A stretch of DNA of 63,997 nucleotides, the filler included, from Perkinsus olseni (lineage: Eukaryota): the NCBI GenBank assembly GCA_013115125.1. It is 10 parts of 10 records of this genome, joined end to end, with 100 filler letters (N's around TTAATTAATTAA, not from the genome) between each part and the next. Parts side by side here need not be neighbours in the genome. Positions count along the whole stretch, not along the records: positions 1 to 6,365 come from JABANN010001102.1; positions 6,466 to 12,826 come from JABANN010001103.1; 8 more parts are not named here. One strand, given 5' to 3'. The notes beneath the pieces were generated by a model. The model searched no databases and was not told the DNA's origin. It was given only the letters and a program-made list of their open reading frames with translations. Below, in pieces: positions 1 through 11,998 of the stretch (position 1 is the first letter of the stretch; each line of letters begins with the position of its first letter). The position numbers and the translations under genes are program-made.

Positions 1-45
1 CAACAACATGATCATCATCAACATCAACAACATCATCATCAACAT

Positions 46-77
<32 letters not shown>

Positions 78-305
78 TGACTACGATCATCAACAACAAC
101 AACATCATGACTACGAGCAGCAACAACAACATGACTACGAGCAGCAACAACAACATGACTACGAGCAGCAACAACAACAACATCATGAGTACGAGCAGCA
201 ACAACAACAACAACATGACTACGAGCAGCAACAACAACAACATCATGACTACGAGCAGCAACAATAACAACATCATCATGAGTACGAGCAGCAACTACAA
301 CAGCA
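1..305. repeat. Low-complexity minisatellite (ATGACTACGAGCAGC-(AAC)n units) with AAC/ATC microsatellite
   Basis: About 8 imperfect copies of atgactacgagcagcaacaacaac are visible directly. The ORF 8..484 is a by-product of this repeat. Confidence 0.85.
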
Positions 306-364
306 GCAGGGGATGTATATGTATTGTTGATACTCAGGTAGGCGAGTACTACTACTACTACTAC

Positions 365-3300
365 CTCTTGTCTGCGTTTGATATCGTTCTGTATTCTATT
401 AACTCTCCTCTCGACATTCTTCCAATGAGGTCCTTTACCATGGAATCTCCAGGACATAGTCCTACAAGAGCAGCAATAACATAGAGGTGGTGGTGGTGGT
501 GGTGATGTTGTTGTTGCTACCTGAATGCCTCTTTAGCGCTCTGTACTCTACCAAATTCATCTCTATGATCAATCCTCAGCTCAGCTTCCTCACTGGTCAT
601 GGGACGTTTACCAGGGTCACTACAAGAATGCATCAACTTACCACTACTTGCCAGTATCATCATAGTATGTTGAGGGACTTACTAGGAGTTGAAGGAGTCT
701 TGGTCACCCGACATCATACCTGATAGGGGGGTGGTAAAGGGAGGAAGAGAGGTAGGATGTGTCGACTAACCTCTTTCAACGAAATATCTTATAGCACATG
801 CTGCACCATCATCAACCTTCTGGTCCTGCATGGCCTCGTCTCTTGCTTCAAACTTAATGATAAAACAATAACCATCACAATCCTTCTACTACTACTGATA
901 GGTAAGTGTATTACATCATGATCAGGGGCCTCATCCTCCTCTTCGGCCTCTGCGCGGCCCCCCACACGATCGGCCTCTCCAGTGGCATTGGACGATAACT
1001 CCATGTCGTCGTCATCATCATCATCACGGTGTTCTGATGTTGTTGATGACGCTTTCTCGGACTGCTTACCACCACTACTCCTAACAACAGCATGATGAGC
1101 ACACGACAGCAGCATAGCGTCTCTGACTCACTCTGCAGCCAACTCAACACCCCTCCTAGCAGCCCCCTTCAACATCCTTCTACGGGACTCACGGTACCTG
1201 TAGGCGGGATGATGATGATGAGGACACAGCGTATACGATACGAACGGTCCTACGCTCGCTGGGCGGTGAATTCCTCATCCTTCTGGGCCTGCTTCAACTC
1301 TACTGGAGTCTGTATGGATGCACAAAACTCACTAGCCCTGCTCATTCTACCACCACCACCACCACCTGGACAACAACTATTCATTGCCATCGCGGATTAT
1401 GATAATAACGGATCAGCATCACCCACGTAACATGTGTAATTGTGACTGTCATATTACCATTGTCATCATTCTTCCCTCCTTGTTGTTGCAGGTGGTCATC
1501 ATCATCATCATCGTCGCCCCCCTCCATTTTCTCATCTTTCACCTATACCATGGTCATCTCCCGCTTACACAGTATGAGCACCCTGCCTACCTCAGCCCCT
1601 AGATGGCTTTGTACGTAGGATGCTCCTGTGTCTAAATCGATAATACCATCAGCATCACCACTAGCAGTAGCAGCAGGCCCCTCTGAGCCTTCTACTAGCT
1701 CCTCCTTCACAAGTGATCGAGCCTTCACCTAACACAGATCGAGGGGAGAATCGAACGCTATACCATACGGAAGGAAGACAGAAACCCTAACTGACTGAAC
1801 TGCTTACTTTCTGTTCAACCATCTTCTGGCGTTCAAGTTGCCTATAAAGCTCCTGGTCTTCCTCAGCATCCTGTAGGTCATCATCATCATCATCCCCAGC
1901 ATCATTGGTGCTACCCATCGTCCTCTTGGGAGGTGGTATACTAGATGAGCAGCAGCAGAATGATGATGCTGAGTACTCGTACGAGTGAGTCGGCTTACAT
2001 TATATCCCATCCTGCCTCATCCTTATTATCCTCTTCACGGAGTTTGCTAGTTCGACGACGCATGGCTTTCCTTGCCTATCATGTTCAGCAGCAGCAGACA
2101 TCATGACCATCATCAGCTGCTTTCATCCATCCCAAGTAGTACCTCTTTATTCCTCCTTTTGATGAACTTGGCCGCCTCATTAGTATCCATGACATCCGAC
2201 TGTATGTGTATATTACCCCCAGAGACTACGAGGAGGAGCAATAGCAGTGGTAGAGGGATGCCACAAGGATGAATGCTACCAGATTGCATCATTGCTCTCC
2301 TCTTGTTCTCTTCTGTCAACTCCTTGAGCCTAGCCTCTACATCCTGTGTTAACTCCGGACGAAGTGTTTGCTCACCTGTAACAACAACCCCCAACTATGA
2401 TGATGTTGACGATGAGGAGTGGTATACATTATTACCATTTTGGGTAGAACTACTAACAGCCAATGTGAAGCCTCTCCGTCTAGCATCTGCTGCTGCCCTC
2501 TCTTCTACTGTAGTATACCTGTAATACGAAGACTCATCATTATGATGATGATGATGATGATGATGATGACGATGATGATGATGCTCACTTATCGAGTATA
2601 CCATCCCCTCCTCCTCCATTCTCCTCGTCTTCATTATCATCCCAGTGAAGTGTCGGGTCCCAGGCACCTAACAGCAGAGTTATCTGTCATTATAATGATG
2701 AGTATGTATCCATACTCCGTCGTTTCTCTTTCCTCCATATATCCTCCTTCTCCTTCTGTGCCAACCCCTGTGGTCCTCCTGCCTCCTCTAATACCTGATA
2801 ACATGATGATACGTGATGTGAGACTAGTGCTCATGATGACGACGCTGTTGTTATCACAATCTCATCATCATCACTATCCTCTTCCTCCTCTGTACCACAA
2901 GCTAATATCGGCTTATCCTTCATCGTCAATATCGTCTCACCTGATGATACATCCCAGTCATCATCAGCGTTATCATCATTACTACTACCCTCTCTAAGGT
3001 CCTCAACATTATGTGCAACCTTCAGTCGTACATCAGCTACCCCCTCGTCATTAGCCCTACTAGGACTGCTGCCCTTACGATGCTTCTTACTCGGCGGCGG
3101 CGGCGGCGGTGCGGCAGCAGCAGCAGAGGCAGCAGAGGCACCTTCATCTGGTGTCACGTGGGTGGGTTGTGAAGAGGACGACGAGGCTTTATGTCTACCT
3201 ACTTAGTAACGACGGCAGGACGTCATCAGCCCGAGTAAAGGACTGGATGTTGTTGTTATTACTTCGTTCGACCCAATCAGCTGCTGACTCAACCGTGGAG

Positions 3301-3777
3301 GATGCCTCCCCCAATGTTGTACCACTTACAAGCTGTTCGTGTATCTAGAGATGATGGTAGTATTAGAACTGGTAATAATAGTGCTGCTAATGATGATACC
3401 CTCTTATCACGTCTTTTCCTTATAGCTGCCTTAGCATCATAACCCTCAGCATCATCATCATGCTCGTCGACTAACAACTTAGGTTTCTCTGAACTACCCT
3501 CTGGGGCCTGAGTACATCGTGAAGTCGCTGATGATATCCTCCTCATTACTATTACATCATTATTATCATTAGTAGTTAGCTTCCTCAGACCTAGCTTCTC
3601 CCTTAGTTTATTACTCTCCGCCACTGTCATACTAACCTCCTTCGTAGAAGCCGTTGCACTACTCTCCGGATGCCCTTCCCTCTGCTGCTGCTGCTCTTCA
3701 TCATCATTATCAGGCCTATCCGCCGAACCAGTAGCAGCCTGTAATCTCCGAGATCGTCTCGGTGATTGAGGAGGCAT
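365..3777 (-). CDS. SART1: U4/U6.U5 tri-snRNP protein SART1/Snu66, multi-exon; 3' end not resolved
   Basis: N-terminal HIND motif SMTVAESNKLREKLGLRKL follows the ATG at 3777. Spliced C-terminal exons read DQKVDDGAACAIRYFVER...IDHRDEFGRVQSAKEAFR|TMSWRFHGKGPHWKNVERR, matching the SART-1 signature (D-x-x-G-R...KEAFR-x-x-S-x-x-FHGK). Introns are GT-AG. Confidence 0.9.
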
Positions 3778-3972
3778 GATGATGATGAGGTGGAGGATAG
3801 GACTACTACTGCAAGAGGATGTGCAGGCGAGAGTGCCGCCGCCGCTACCCATCTAATGGAACACATCACCATGTAAATGATGGAAACGTGTGAGCAGCAG
3901 CAACAGCAGCAGTGTAGGCTGTTATAATCATTTACTTATCGTTTGTTGTCATCGCCAATGAATACCTGGCGG

Positions 3973-5253
3973 TTATGGTAATGCCTCGTGTAGTGCATTG
4001 AAGAGGTTGGATGCCTCCTTCTGAGCATGTGTTAGCAGCTCCGGGAGTAACTAAGATGGAGCAGGAGTGTCCACCGCAGTAGTAGTAGTGGTAGTAGTAG
4101 GCTGTGTACATGGGGGTCCATGGCCATGGATGACGATGCTTCCTCTCGTAGTATCATTTGCCATTTCCACATACTCACTATGCATCCCTTTCTATCCACT
4201 CCTACCGCCAATACACCTATCACCAATACACCATCATCAGCACCTCCCTCCCCCTCCTTTTAGTAGTAGTAGTAGTACCTCTACAACACTTAGCCTCGGC
4301 AGCACTAACATCCACTACCATCCTCGGACCATTGACACCACATACCACACATACAGGTAATGATGACACTAATGGGGCTATATCCTGGCCTAACATACAT
4401 ATCCTAGCATAGATGATGATGATGGTGTTAGTATTACCACGAGAATCTCCTTCCTCTAGATTTATAGAAGGCTTCTCACCCTCTTCCAGAGGTGGTATTA
4501 TCGTTACTTTAGGTATCCATAATCTGGTGATTATAACAAGGATTGTGGTAGCAGTGATCGTCCACTTACCCTCTAAATGCTGCTATAATAGCTAATGACG
4601 ATAGCTCCACCACTGACGGGTTTATGATGCCGGTGATTAGAATATCAATGGATATCGACCTAGTACGGGATACAGCATGGAGCCATGCACATGCCTAGTA
4701 CCATGCAAAGGGTTCATCATCCTTATCAATCAATAAGCATGACTCATCTATCCCCCTCATCATCAATACAGTCAATGCTGCCTGCAACTGTTGTGCCTCT
4801 GACACAACATAATCCAGTAGCTCTCGAAGCCCGATAGCATCATGATCATCATCATGACCCTTCGTACCTTCTGGCTGCTCGGGGCACTCTATACCCAATT
4901 GTATCAGTCCTATATGCTTATCCTTATCGGGTAATACAACAACATCAGTCTGTTGAACATATGGGACAGGATAGTGGGTAATAGTCTCATTACTACCTTG
5001 ATGCCAACTATTATATCAGTGTCATCACAGCGTAATGTTGAGCTAGAGTTGGCAGCGCTTATCGTGTCAGTGGCTATGGATACTGGACGTCTATCATGGC
5101 AGTTCTGATATGAGGAGTATCTCGGCATTAGTCCATCATTAGTACTACTACTACCCTTCCATCAGCTCTAACTCCAGCAGTGAGCCCATTCGATAAGAAT
5201 ACCTGCTCAGCTTCTGACGTTAATGTACCGAGGTTGCCCACTGATTGTGCCAT
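3973..5253 (-). CDS. RRP42: Exosome complex RNase PH-like subunit RRP42 (EXOSC7), multi-exon
   Basis: Spliced translation: SEAEQVFLSNGLTAGVRADGR|NCHDRRPVSIATDTISAANSSSTLRCDDTDIIVGIK...FAW|SISIDILITG...ELSSLAIIAAFRG|LWIPKV, with TAA at 3973-3975. This fits the RRP42/43/45 RNase PH pattern, closest to RRP42. Confidence 0.82.
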
Positions 5254-5381
5254 GATCACAACAACAACAACAACAACAACCACAGGGCAACTACAACAAC
5301 AACAAGCGGATGAGATTACTACTACTAGTGGTTATTATAACCCAACTCATGGACCACAAGGGTACAACATGGTAGAGATTA

Positions 5382-6273
5382 TCAATGATATGTCGATACC
5401 GCAGCCAATTGCCTGAATTGTAGTATGAATGCTGGTATGAGTCTGGCACAGAGTATATACGCAGTGGCTGCCATAAGAGGCATGTATAATAATGTTACTA
5501 CTAATGATAACCAGAAAAGGTATGGTGATGTCTTTGAACATAATAAGTCCAATTCACACGCTATACTGCTTTCTTTGAATGGTGGACAGTACTGAGTAAT
5601 GATGATGATGATGATGGATACAACGGCTGGAGGAGGAGTGGATATTACTGATGTAGTTTTAGTCCATGATTTACATGCATCACCAGGTAAGCATTTATAA
5701 CCCTCTCGTTCCACGTTAGTCTGAACACGAATACCAGCAGTATTGATACTATCATTGTGACTCATCATTACGATAGGGTCCATACATTTGATACATTGAT
5801 GGACCCCTAAGAATCCTATATTCTGTGGTATGATGAGGGTACCCCAAGCCAATACGATAAATTGTACCATACTGATAGTAAACAATACTAATGTGATACC
5901 GGCCCACATAACATCAGACCCATACTCGGTGGTACCTATGTATCTGGAGAGGAGATGACCTGAGAGTGTTAGTAGTATTATTACAAGAAGACGAATGCTT
6001 GGAATAGGGCGAAGAATGCTAATGCAGTTAGGTAGGCAGACAATGGCTCCTCACAACTCTCTGCTCTAAGTTGGGCTAGTACCACACCAAGCATTATACA
6101 TAAGAATGACCCCATATTTAATGCTACCAATGCACCTGGAATACTATGGTTATGAACATGATGATGATGGTGATACAATCACCACTCAGACCCTTGGCAG
6201 GGTTCTTGAATAATATTGACGGGCCTCCACCTCTACGACGCTGGTTTAATATCGATAACATTGCCACTACCAT
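5382..6273 (-). CDS. Hypothetical multi-pass membrane protein, about 4 exons
   Basis: ORFs 5981..6178 and 5382..5909 join through short GT-AG introns and give several hydrophobic helices with a Cys-rich loop. No family recognised. Confidence 0.6.
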
Positions 6274-6294
6274 GATGATCAGCAGTAAGCATGT

Positions 6295-6365
<71 letters not shown>
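6295..6365. other. Poly-G run at contig end, probably a sequencing artefact
   Basis: About 71 consecutive G immediately before the linker, typical of two-colour chemistry dark cycles. Confidence 0.7.
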
Positions 6366-6465
6366 NNNNNNNNNNNNNNNNNNNNNNNNNNNNNNNNNNN
6401 NNNNNNNNNTTAATTAATTAANNNNNNNNNNNNNNNNNNNNNNNNNNNNNNNNNNNNNNNNNNNN
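6366..6465. other. Artificial contig linker
   Basis: 44 N + TTAATTAATTAA (stops in all frames) + 44 N. Confidence 0.98.
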
Positions 6466-6521
6466 AGCATCGTTCCCATTATACATCATAATTATCATAT
6501 TGTCTCTCCCAATCTACTGAT

Positions 6522-7093
6522 TGAGTTATCTGGTCACAGGCCTACCAGGCAGATAACCAGCTGCACTAGACTTCATAATAACGAAATACGCAACAGGCTT
6601 GGCACAGCACCAACCCCGTGCAACACCTCACCAGCCAGGCCTTACGGCTTGACTAGCGACACCAAAAGAGCGGACAGGTAGCCCCAGGGCTGAACCAGGC
6701 CGCACAAAACCCTCACATCGCAAAAGTCACCGTCGGACACCACACCACCGCGTCGTTGTACTCGTGGTCGGCCACTTGGGACGAACACCACTTCCACTTG
6801 GCCATTGTGGTCGTGGTCCTTCACCAAGGGATACCACCTAGTCGTCGAGGTCGTGGTCGTCCACGGAATGAAAAGAATAACGCAACGCAGGCGTCCCCAG
6901 CAGGCAAAGCACCTCTGGGACTTCAATATACAACAATTCATATAGAGCAGGGCGGAGAGGCGTGAGTGTGAAGGTTACAGGCGACCATCGTCAGCACCCA
7001 AGGCAGGCCTGATACATAACACAGTCCCTATACACCCAAGAGCTTCCAGATTTGCGCACTAATCGAGCTCCTCCGAAGTCACACCCATACTCA
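6522..7093 (-). repeat. 3' LTR of the Gypsy element (about 570 bp)
   Basis: Begins with TG directly after the PPT on the minus strand and is bounded by the inverted termini TGAGT...ACTCA. The distal end at 6522 is inferred from that inverted repeat only. Confidence 0.7.
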
Positions 7094-7113
7094 TTCTTCC
7101 TCTCTCTCCCCTT
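7094..7113 (-). promoter_or_regulatory. Polypurine tract (plus-strand primer site)
   Basis: Minus strand AAGGGGAGAGAGAGGAAGAA immediately followed by TG, just after the end of the last pol-derived ORF at 7130. Confidence 0.85.
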
Positions 7114-7129
7114 ACCAGAGTAGCCCATG

Positions 7130-9305
7130 CTACTCATGATACGATCCCCCCGGACCATAGGCATTCGGGCTGAACCGTGTTGGTGCTCGTCGCGTCCGGG
7201 CAGGTCTACCCGAACCTTGGAGCAACGACCCTTCAGGCCGTGTCATCGCCCTTGTCGATCCTCTCTCTTGCGGTTCCTCCCTCTCGTCCGTGGCTGGCTC
7301 GTCGTCATTGCTACCCGACCTTGGCGGCGTCGGGGCGCAGTCGTCCCCAGACGAAGAAGACTCTTCTTGCGGGGTCTGCCGCTCGCTTGTCATAGCCGGC
7401 GCAGGCGCCATCGGACTTGCCACAGAAGGGGAGCGAACCTGAGAAATGGAGGACGCCACAGGCGAACCTAGTCGTGAAGGGACCCTTATTGGGGGTTCCA
7501 ACGGAATGTCAGGAGCCTCAGCTTCCGACATCTCATCCCCGGCCTCCACCTCGGCGAAACGTGACACAATGGAGTGGTACTCCGAGCGATTGGTTCTCGT
7601 TGGAGCCTCCAACTTGGAGGGGTCCTCATCTCCCCCGCTGGGGCGTTGGAGGCCGAGTCGTTTGGTCCTACCGCTCGATCCAGGCTAACGGCGTCGTGCT
7701 CGTGGTCGACCTCATGCGCAGAAGAACTACCGGACGTTGGCATCTGTCCCTCGAACGGATCGTACGGACCAAACCAGTCATCCCCTGGTACCTGTTGCAC
7801 CACAGGCGCAGGAGTAACAGGCGGAGTCTCAGGCGCAACAGAAGGAGGGGCGGACGGTATCACCGGACCAGAAGGCACTGTCGCAGGACCATCTCTTAGT
7901 GTTGTTGTCCCATCATCGATCACATGAGCAAACGGATACTCAGGCACCGGCGGGAACTCAACGTCCACCTCAGGCTGCACCGCGAGGCCTAACTCCACCG
8001 GAGGCGCAGGCGGCTGTACCGGGTCGATGGAGAGGTGGTCGATCGAGATAACCTTCTCCTCGCGGTCAGGCCAGCGAACGATGACCACGGTCTTCTGATG
8101 CGTGCCAGGCACAAACTTCTTGACATACCAATCAGGCTGCCAACGCGGCTGTAGCTTGTGGCCTGGAACAGCAGTACGAAAAATGCGCAACAACACTTTC
8201 TGTCCCACGAAGAACCGTCTGCGCCTAACCTCCCCTGCCACGTTCTGCTGATACGCAGCTCCCCTGGCGTTGATGAACTGGTCGACGTGATCCAATATGC
8301 GCCCTCTAGTGCGCTCCACACAGGCAGCATAGGTATCCGGATCATACATATACTCATAGTACTGTTCCAACGAAGGCAACGTAGAACTCCTTGGCAGGCG
8401 ACCGAACAATAAGTAGTAAGGCGAATATCCGGTAGCACTGTGCACTGATGTATTATAACAATATAATACCGACCTCAAATGCTGCCGCCAATTGTTGCCG
8501 CGTAGGTTCGCAACAGGCCTAACACCGTACTATTAAACCTCTCCACGTGGCCATTCGCACAAGGATGATACACCGATACCCGACACTTCTTCACTCCGAG
8601 CAGCCTTAACACCTCGGAGAACAGGCGGCCCTCAAAGGCAGGCCCCTGGTCCGATAATAACCTTGCAGGCATGCCCATGATGGAGAACAAGTTCACCAGG
8701 ATAGCCGCCGCTTCCTCAGCCGACTCGGACCGCACCGGGTAAGCATCCGCATACTTTGTAAAATGATCCACCAGGACCAACAGCTTGGATATGCCATCCC
8801 CCGAAGGAGCCACAGATAAGAAGTCTACCGCCACCGTATGCCATGGAGTGCCCACAGGCAACGGAACGGGGGCTGCCGCAGGCGGTCGGCGTGTCTTCGT
8901 CTCCTTACAAACCGTACACATACCCACATACGTAGCCACGTCTTCTGCCATCCCAGGCCAGAATGCATATCCCCTCAACGCCTCCAGGGTCTTCTCTGTA
9001 CCTCGATGTGGACCAGGTGCATGATACTCCTCCAGCAACTGGGCTCGGAGTGGTGGTGCGATCACGGGTACCCAACACGGCTTCTCCTCCGGTTTGTAGC
9101 ACGCCAGGCGCACCAATAATCCATCCATAACATCCAACATAGCCCATAATCGCCGATATGGTCGGAGTTCAGGACTTTGTAGCTCCCCACGCCCCAAGGG
9201 GCTGGGATCCAGCTTCCGATCCGTCACGGCCTTGATCGTCTCATCCTGCCTCTGGAGCTCACGAATATGATCACGGGACCAGTGGTCCCGGACCACGTCT
9301 CGCAT
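7130..9305 (-). pseudogene. Retroviral-type integrase and Pro-rich tail, broken into three frames (8475..9305, 7486..8478, 7130..7612)
   Basis: HHCC zinc finger (YHAPGPH...CTVC), DDE motifs (VAVDF, LLSDQG, NGHVERFN), YNTSVHSATGYSPY and KLQPRW motifs. Frame changes near 9310, 8495 and 7615. Confidence 0.9.
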
Positions 9306-11998
9306 ACCAACAACGCACAGGCGCCCAGGTCGAGCTTCTCGTCAATCCCCTCTTGCGACAGGCCTTGGACCTCCCTTGTAGGCTTCGGCGGCTCCTCCGG
9401 CATCCTTACCCTTGACAGGGCGTCAGCGACCACATTCTCTCGTCCCTGCCGGTACTTCACAGTGAACTTGTACTGTGCCGTGGCCAGCAGCCAACGCTGA
9501 AGCTTCGGCGTACTTGCCTTCTTGAGCCACTGTAGTGGTCGATGATCACTCAGGACAACCACTTCCAACGGGTGGCCGATGTGGTAATGCCGAAACCTCT
9601 CCAAGGCTTGGAAGATCGCATAGGCTTCCTTCTCGTAGACAGGCCAGTTGAGTTGGGAGCCTGTCAGGCGTTGACTGAAGAAGGCTACAGGCCGGTCTCG
9701 CTGTTCTAGGACGGCTCCGATGGCGTAGTCGGACGCATCTGTACATAGGGTAAAGGGAACATCAAAGTCAGGGTAACTCAAACTGGGCAAGCTGGCGAGG
9801 CCAACTTTCAAAACTAAAAACGCTTGATCCTGCAAGTCCCCCCAGAAATCGATCAACTTCCCCCCTTTAAGCTTAGAACACGCTCGGCCAGCCTCAAACA
9901 GCGGTCTGGCCTTCTCCGAGAAGTGAGGCATGAATCCCCTGTAATATCCCGCAAGGCCTAGAAAAGATCGCAACTCAGCCGCAGTCTCCGGCTTAGGCCA
10001 GCGTAGAATAATATCCACCTTAGAGGGATCAGGCTTCATCCCATCACGGCTGAACAGATGCCCCAGATACACCACCTCGGACATACCGATCTCACACTTG
10101 TCGCCAGCAACCGTCAGGTTAGCCTCCTTCAGGCAGCGGAAGACCTCTCTCAGATGTCTAATGTGCTCGTCCCGATCTCTACTGAATATCAAGATGTCGT
10201 CCAGGTAGATCTTAACGAAGGGGAGATGTCCCAAGACCTGATCCATCAACCGCTGAAAAGTAGCTGGTGCCGAGGCCAGGCCGAAAGGCATTCTCAGCCA
10301 CTCATAGAGTGGAAAGCCTGGTCCTGGACAGAAGGCGGTCTTAGCCTGGTCAGCCTTCTCGACAGGCAGTTGCCAATAACCGCTTCTCAGATCCAACGTG
10401 GAGAAGACCTTAGCATGGGCTAGATGTTCCTGAACATCATCAGGCCTTGGCACCGGGTACGCCTCTGTGTGGCAGGCTGCATTCAGCGGCCGGTAATCCA
10501 CACACATTCGTACCTTACCATTCTTCTTGGGCACGAAGACGCAGGCAAACCTCCAAGGCGAAGTTGACCGTCTGATGACCCCCATCTCTTCCATCTCGGC
10601 CAGCAGGTCCGTCACCTCCTCACGCCACTTGTGCGGCACAGGCCGCATAGGCTCAGAGATCGGTCGGTGGTCACCCGTTGCCACGTGGTGGGAGATCAGA
10701 TTGCACTCTCCAGGCTTCTTCTTGAACAGATCCTTATATTCGTCAAAGAGGTCCTTGTAACCCTTATCGCCCTCAGGCAACTTCGGTACCTCGACCTCCT
10801 CCGAGTTGAACTCAGGCACCGCAAACCGCAGAGCCCCGGCGATATCATCGTCCTGGAGAACGTCGGAGTCAAAACCTGCTGGGGGCCATTCTTCACCCGT
10901 GACCAACTGTGACGCCGGAGGCTTCCCAGACCTCGGGAGCTGTCCCTTGCGGCTCGGTGGAGGCAGTAACCCTTGCGCCTTGAGCTCTTCATCCGTCAAC
11001 AACGGCTGACGGGGCTGTACCAAGGCGGCCAGGAGGCAATTGGAGGGAAGCATATGATCAAAAGAATCCTGATCCCAATCCCAACAACCCTCCCCTAGCT
11101 CCTCCTCAGAGGAGCGGGGCTCTTCCTTGCCCACCAGGCATATTGGCTCCACGTCCGGGGCCTCCTCAGCTTGAACACTCTTAACCTCCGTCATAGACGA
11201 ATCCTTCACCAAGGACTTCACAGGGGCCAACCCAGGCCCTTCCTCGGCTAGTACTGTTTGCACTGCCTCATCGGCGCAAAAGTCTGAGTCACATACCTGT
11301 ATACTGACATCAATAAGCCGCGGGCGAGCACTCGACTCAGGCAAAAGCGCAGTAGTCATCCCTTCTTTAGTCTCATCACCACTAACTAAGGCATGCGCAG
11401 GCGCACTCAATCGATGACACGCTAACAATATTTCTTCACAACGCGCTGCCCCATCCTGGGCAGTACTAATTACGTCCCAATCCTTCTCCCAAGGAATAGA
11501 AGACGGGTCTGGCCTTATCTCAGGCCCAACGATCCTTACCGGATCAGACGAATAAAGAATATCGAGTCGGTAATGGTTCAGGAATTCGTTTCCGAGAATC
11601 AATGGGTAAGCAAGTTTATCACTGATTAAGGCCGTCAGGCCAAAAATATAACAAGACGGACCACTGGAAGATGCCGCACCTTTCTGGTCGCCCTGGGCGG
11701 ACGCATAGATCTTCACCTTGAGCTTCACGGCCCCAACCACGTGACAGGAACCGCGCTCAACCGTGAACAAACCTGGGTCTTCAACCGGTCTAATCTCAGT
11801 CCCCACAGGCAGGACAGAACGGCGTATCAGAGTGGAGCAGCAGCCAGTGTCCACCATGATTCTAAATGGTCCAGTTAACTGACAATCACCAAGAATGTCG
11901 GCTGACAGGAATAGACCACTTCGACCGCCGACAGGCCAAAGTGATACAGCATGCTCAGGCGGACGTGGGCTGCCTAACGGCCGCCCTGAGCGTTTCCC
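9224..11998 (-). CDS. pol: Pol polyprotein: aspartic protease, reverse transcriptase, RNase H; entered from gag by a -1 frameshift
   Basis: IMVDTGCC and ILGNEFL (protease); RMCVDYRPLN, LDLRSGYWQ, MPFGL and YLDD (RT); TDASDYAIGAVL, YEKEAYAI and NVVADALSR (RNase H). Confidence 0.95.
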   Translation of the reverse strand, partial: GKRSGRPLGSPRPPEHAVSLWPVGGRSGLFLSADILGDCQLTGPFRIMVDTGCCSTLIRRSVLPVGTEIRPVEDPGLFTVERGSCHVVGAVKLKVKIYASAQGDQKGAASSSGPSCYIFGLTALISDKLAYPLILGNEFLNHYRLDILYSSDPVRIVGPEIRPDPSSIPWEKDWDVISTAQDGAARCEEILLACHRLSAPAHALVSGDETKEGMTTALLPESSARPRLIDVSIQVCDSDFCADEAVQTVLAEEGPGLAPVKSLVKDSSMTEVKSVQAEEAPDVEPICLVGKEEPRSSEEELGEGCWDWDQDSFDHMLPSNCLLAALVQPRQPLLTDEELKAQGLLPPPSRKGQLPRSGKPPASQLVTGEEWPPAGFDSDVLQDDDIAGALRFAVPEFNSEEVEVPKLPEGDKGYKDLFDEYKDLFKKKPGECNLISHHVATGDHRPISEPMRPVPHKWREEVTDLLAEMEEMGVIRRSTSPWRFACVFVPKKNGKVRMCVDYRPLNAACHTEAYPVPRPDDVQEHLAHAKVFSTLDLRSGYWQLPVEKADQAKTAFCPGPGFPLYEWLRMPFGLASAPATFQRLMDQVLGHLPFVKIYLDDILIFSRDRDEHIRHLREVFRCLKEANLTVAGDKCEIGMSEVVYLGHLFSRDGMKPDPSKVDIILRWPKPETAAELRSFLGLAGYYRGFMPHFSEKARPLFEAGRACSKLKGGKLIDFWGDLQDQAFLVLKVGLASLPSLSYPDFDVPFTLCTDASDYAIGAVLEQRDRPVAFFSQRLTGSQLNWPVYEKEAYAIFQALERFRHYHIGHPLEVVVLSDHRPLQWLKKASTPKLQRWLLATAQYKFTVKYRQGRENVVADALSRVRMPEEPPKPTREVQGLSQEGIDEKLDLGACALLVCETWSGTTGPVIIFVSSRGRMRRSRP
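11953..11998 (-). promoter_or_regulatory. -1 programmed ribosomal frameshift signal
   Basis: Slippery heptamer G GGA AAC in the gag frame (11998..11992), followed after 5 nt by the hairpin GGGCGGCC-GTTA-GGCAGCCC. The -1 frame is the pol ORF. Confidence 0.85.

Noticed and set aside
1..484. 158-aa Asn/Ser-rich ORF
   Set aside because: It is a translation of a minisatellite and overlaps SART1 exons on the opposite strand.
6295..6365. Poly-G as a G-quadruplex or poly-Gly coding tract
   Set aside because: A pure homopolymer at a contig end is most likely a sequencing artefact.
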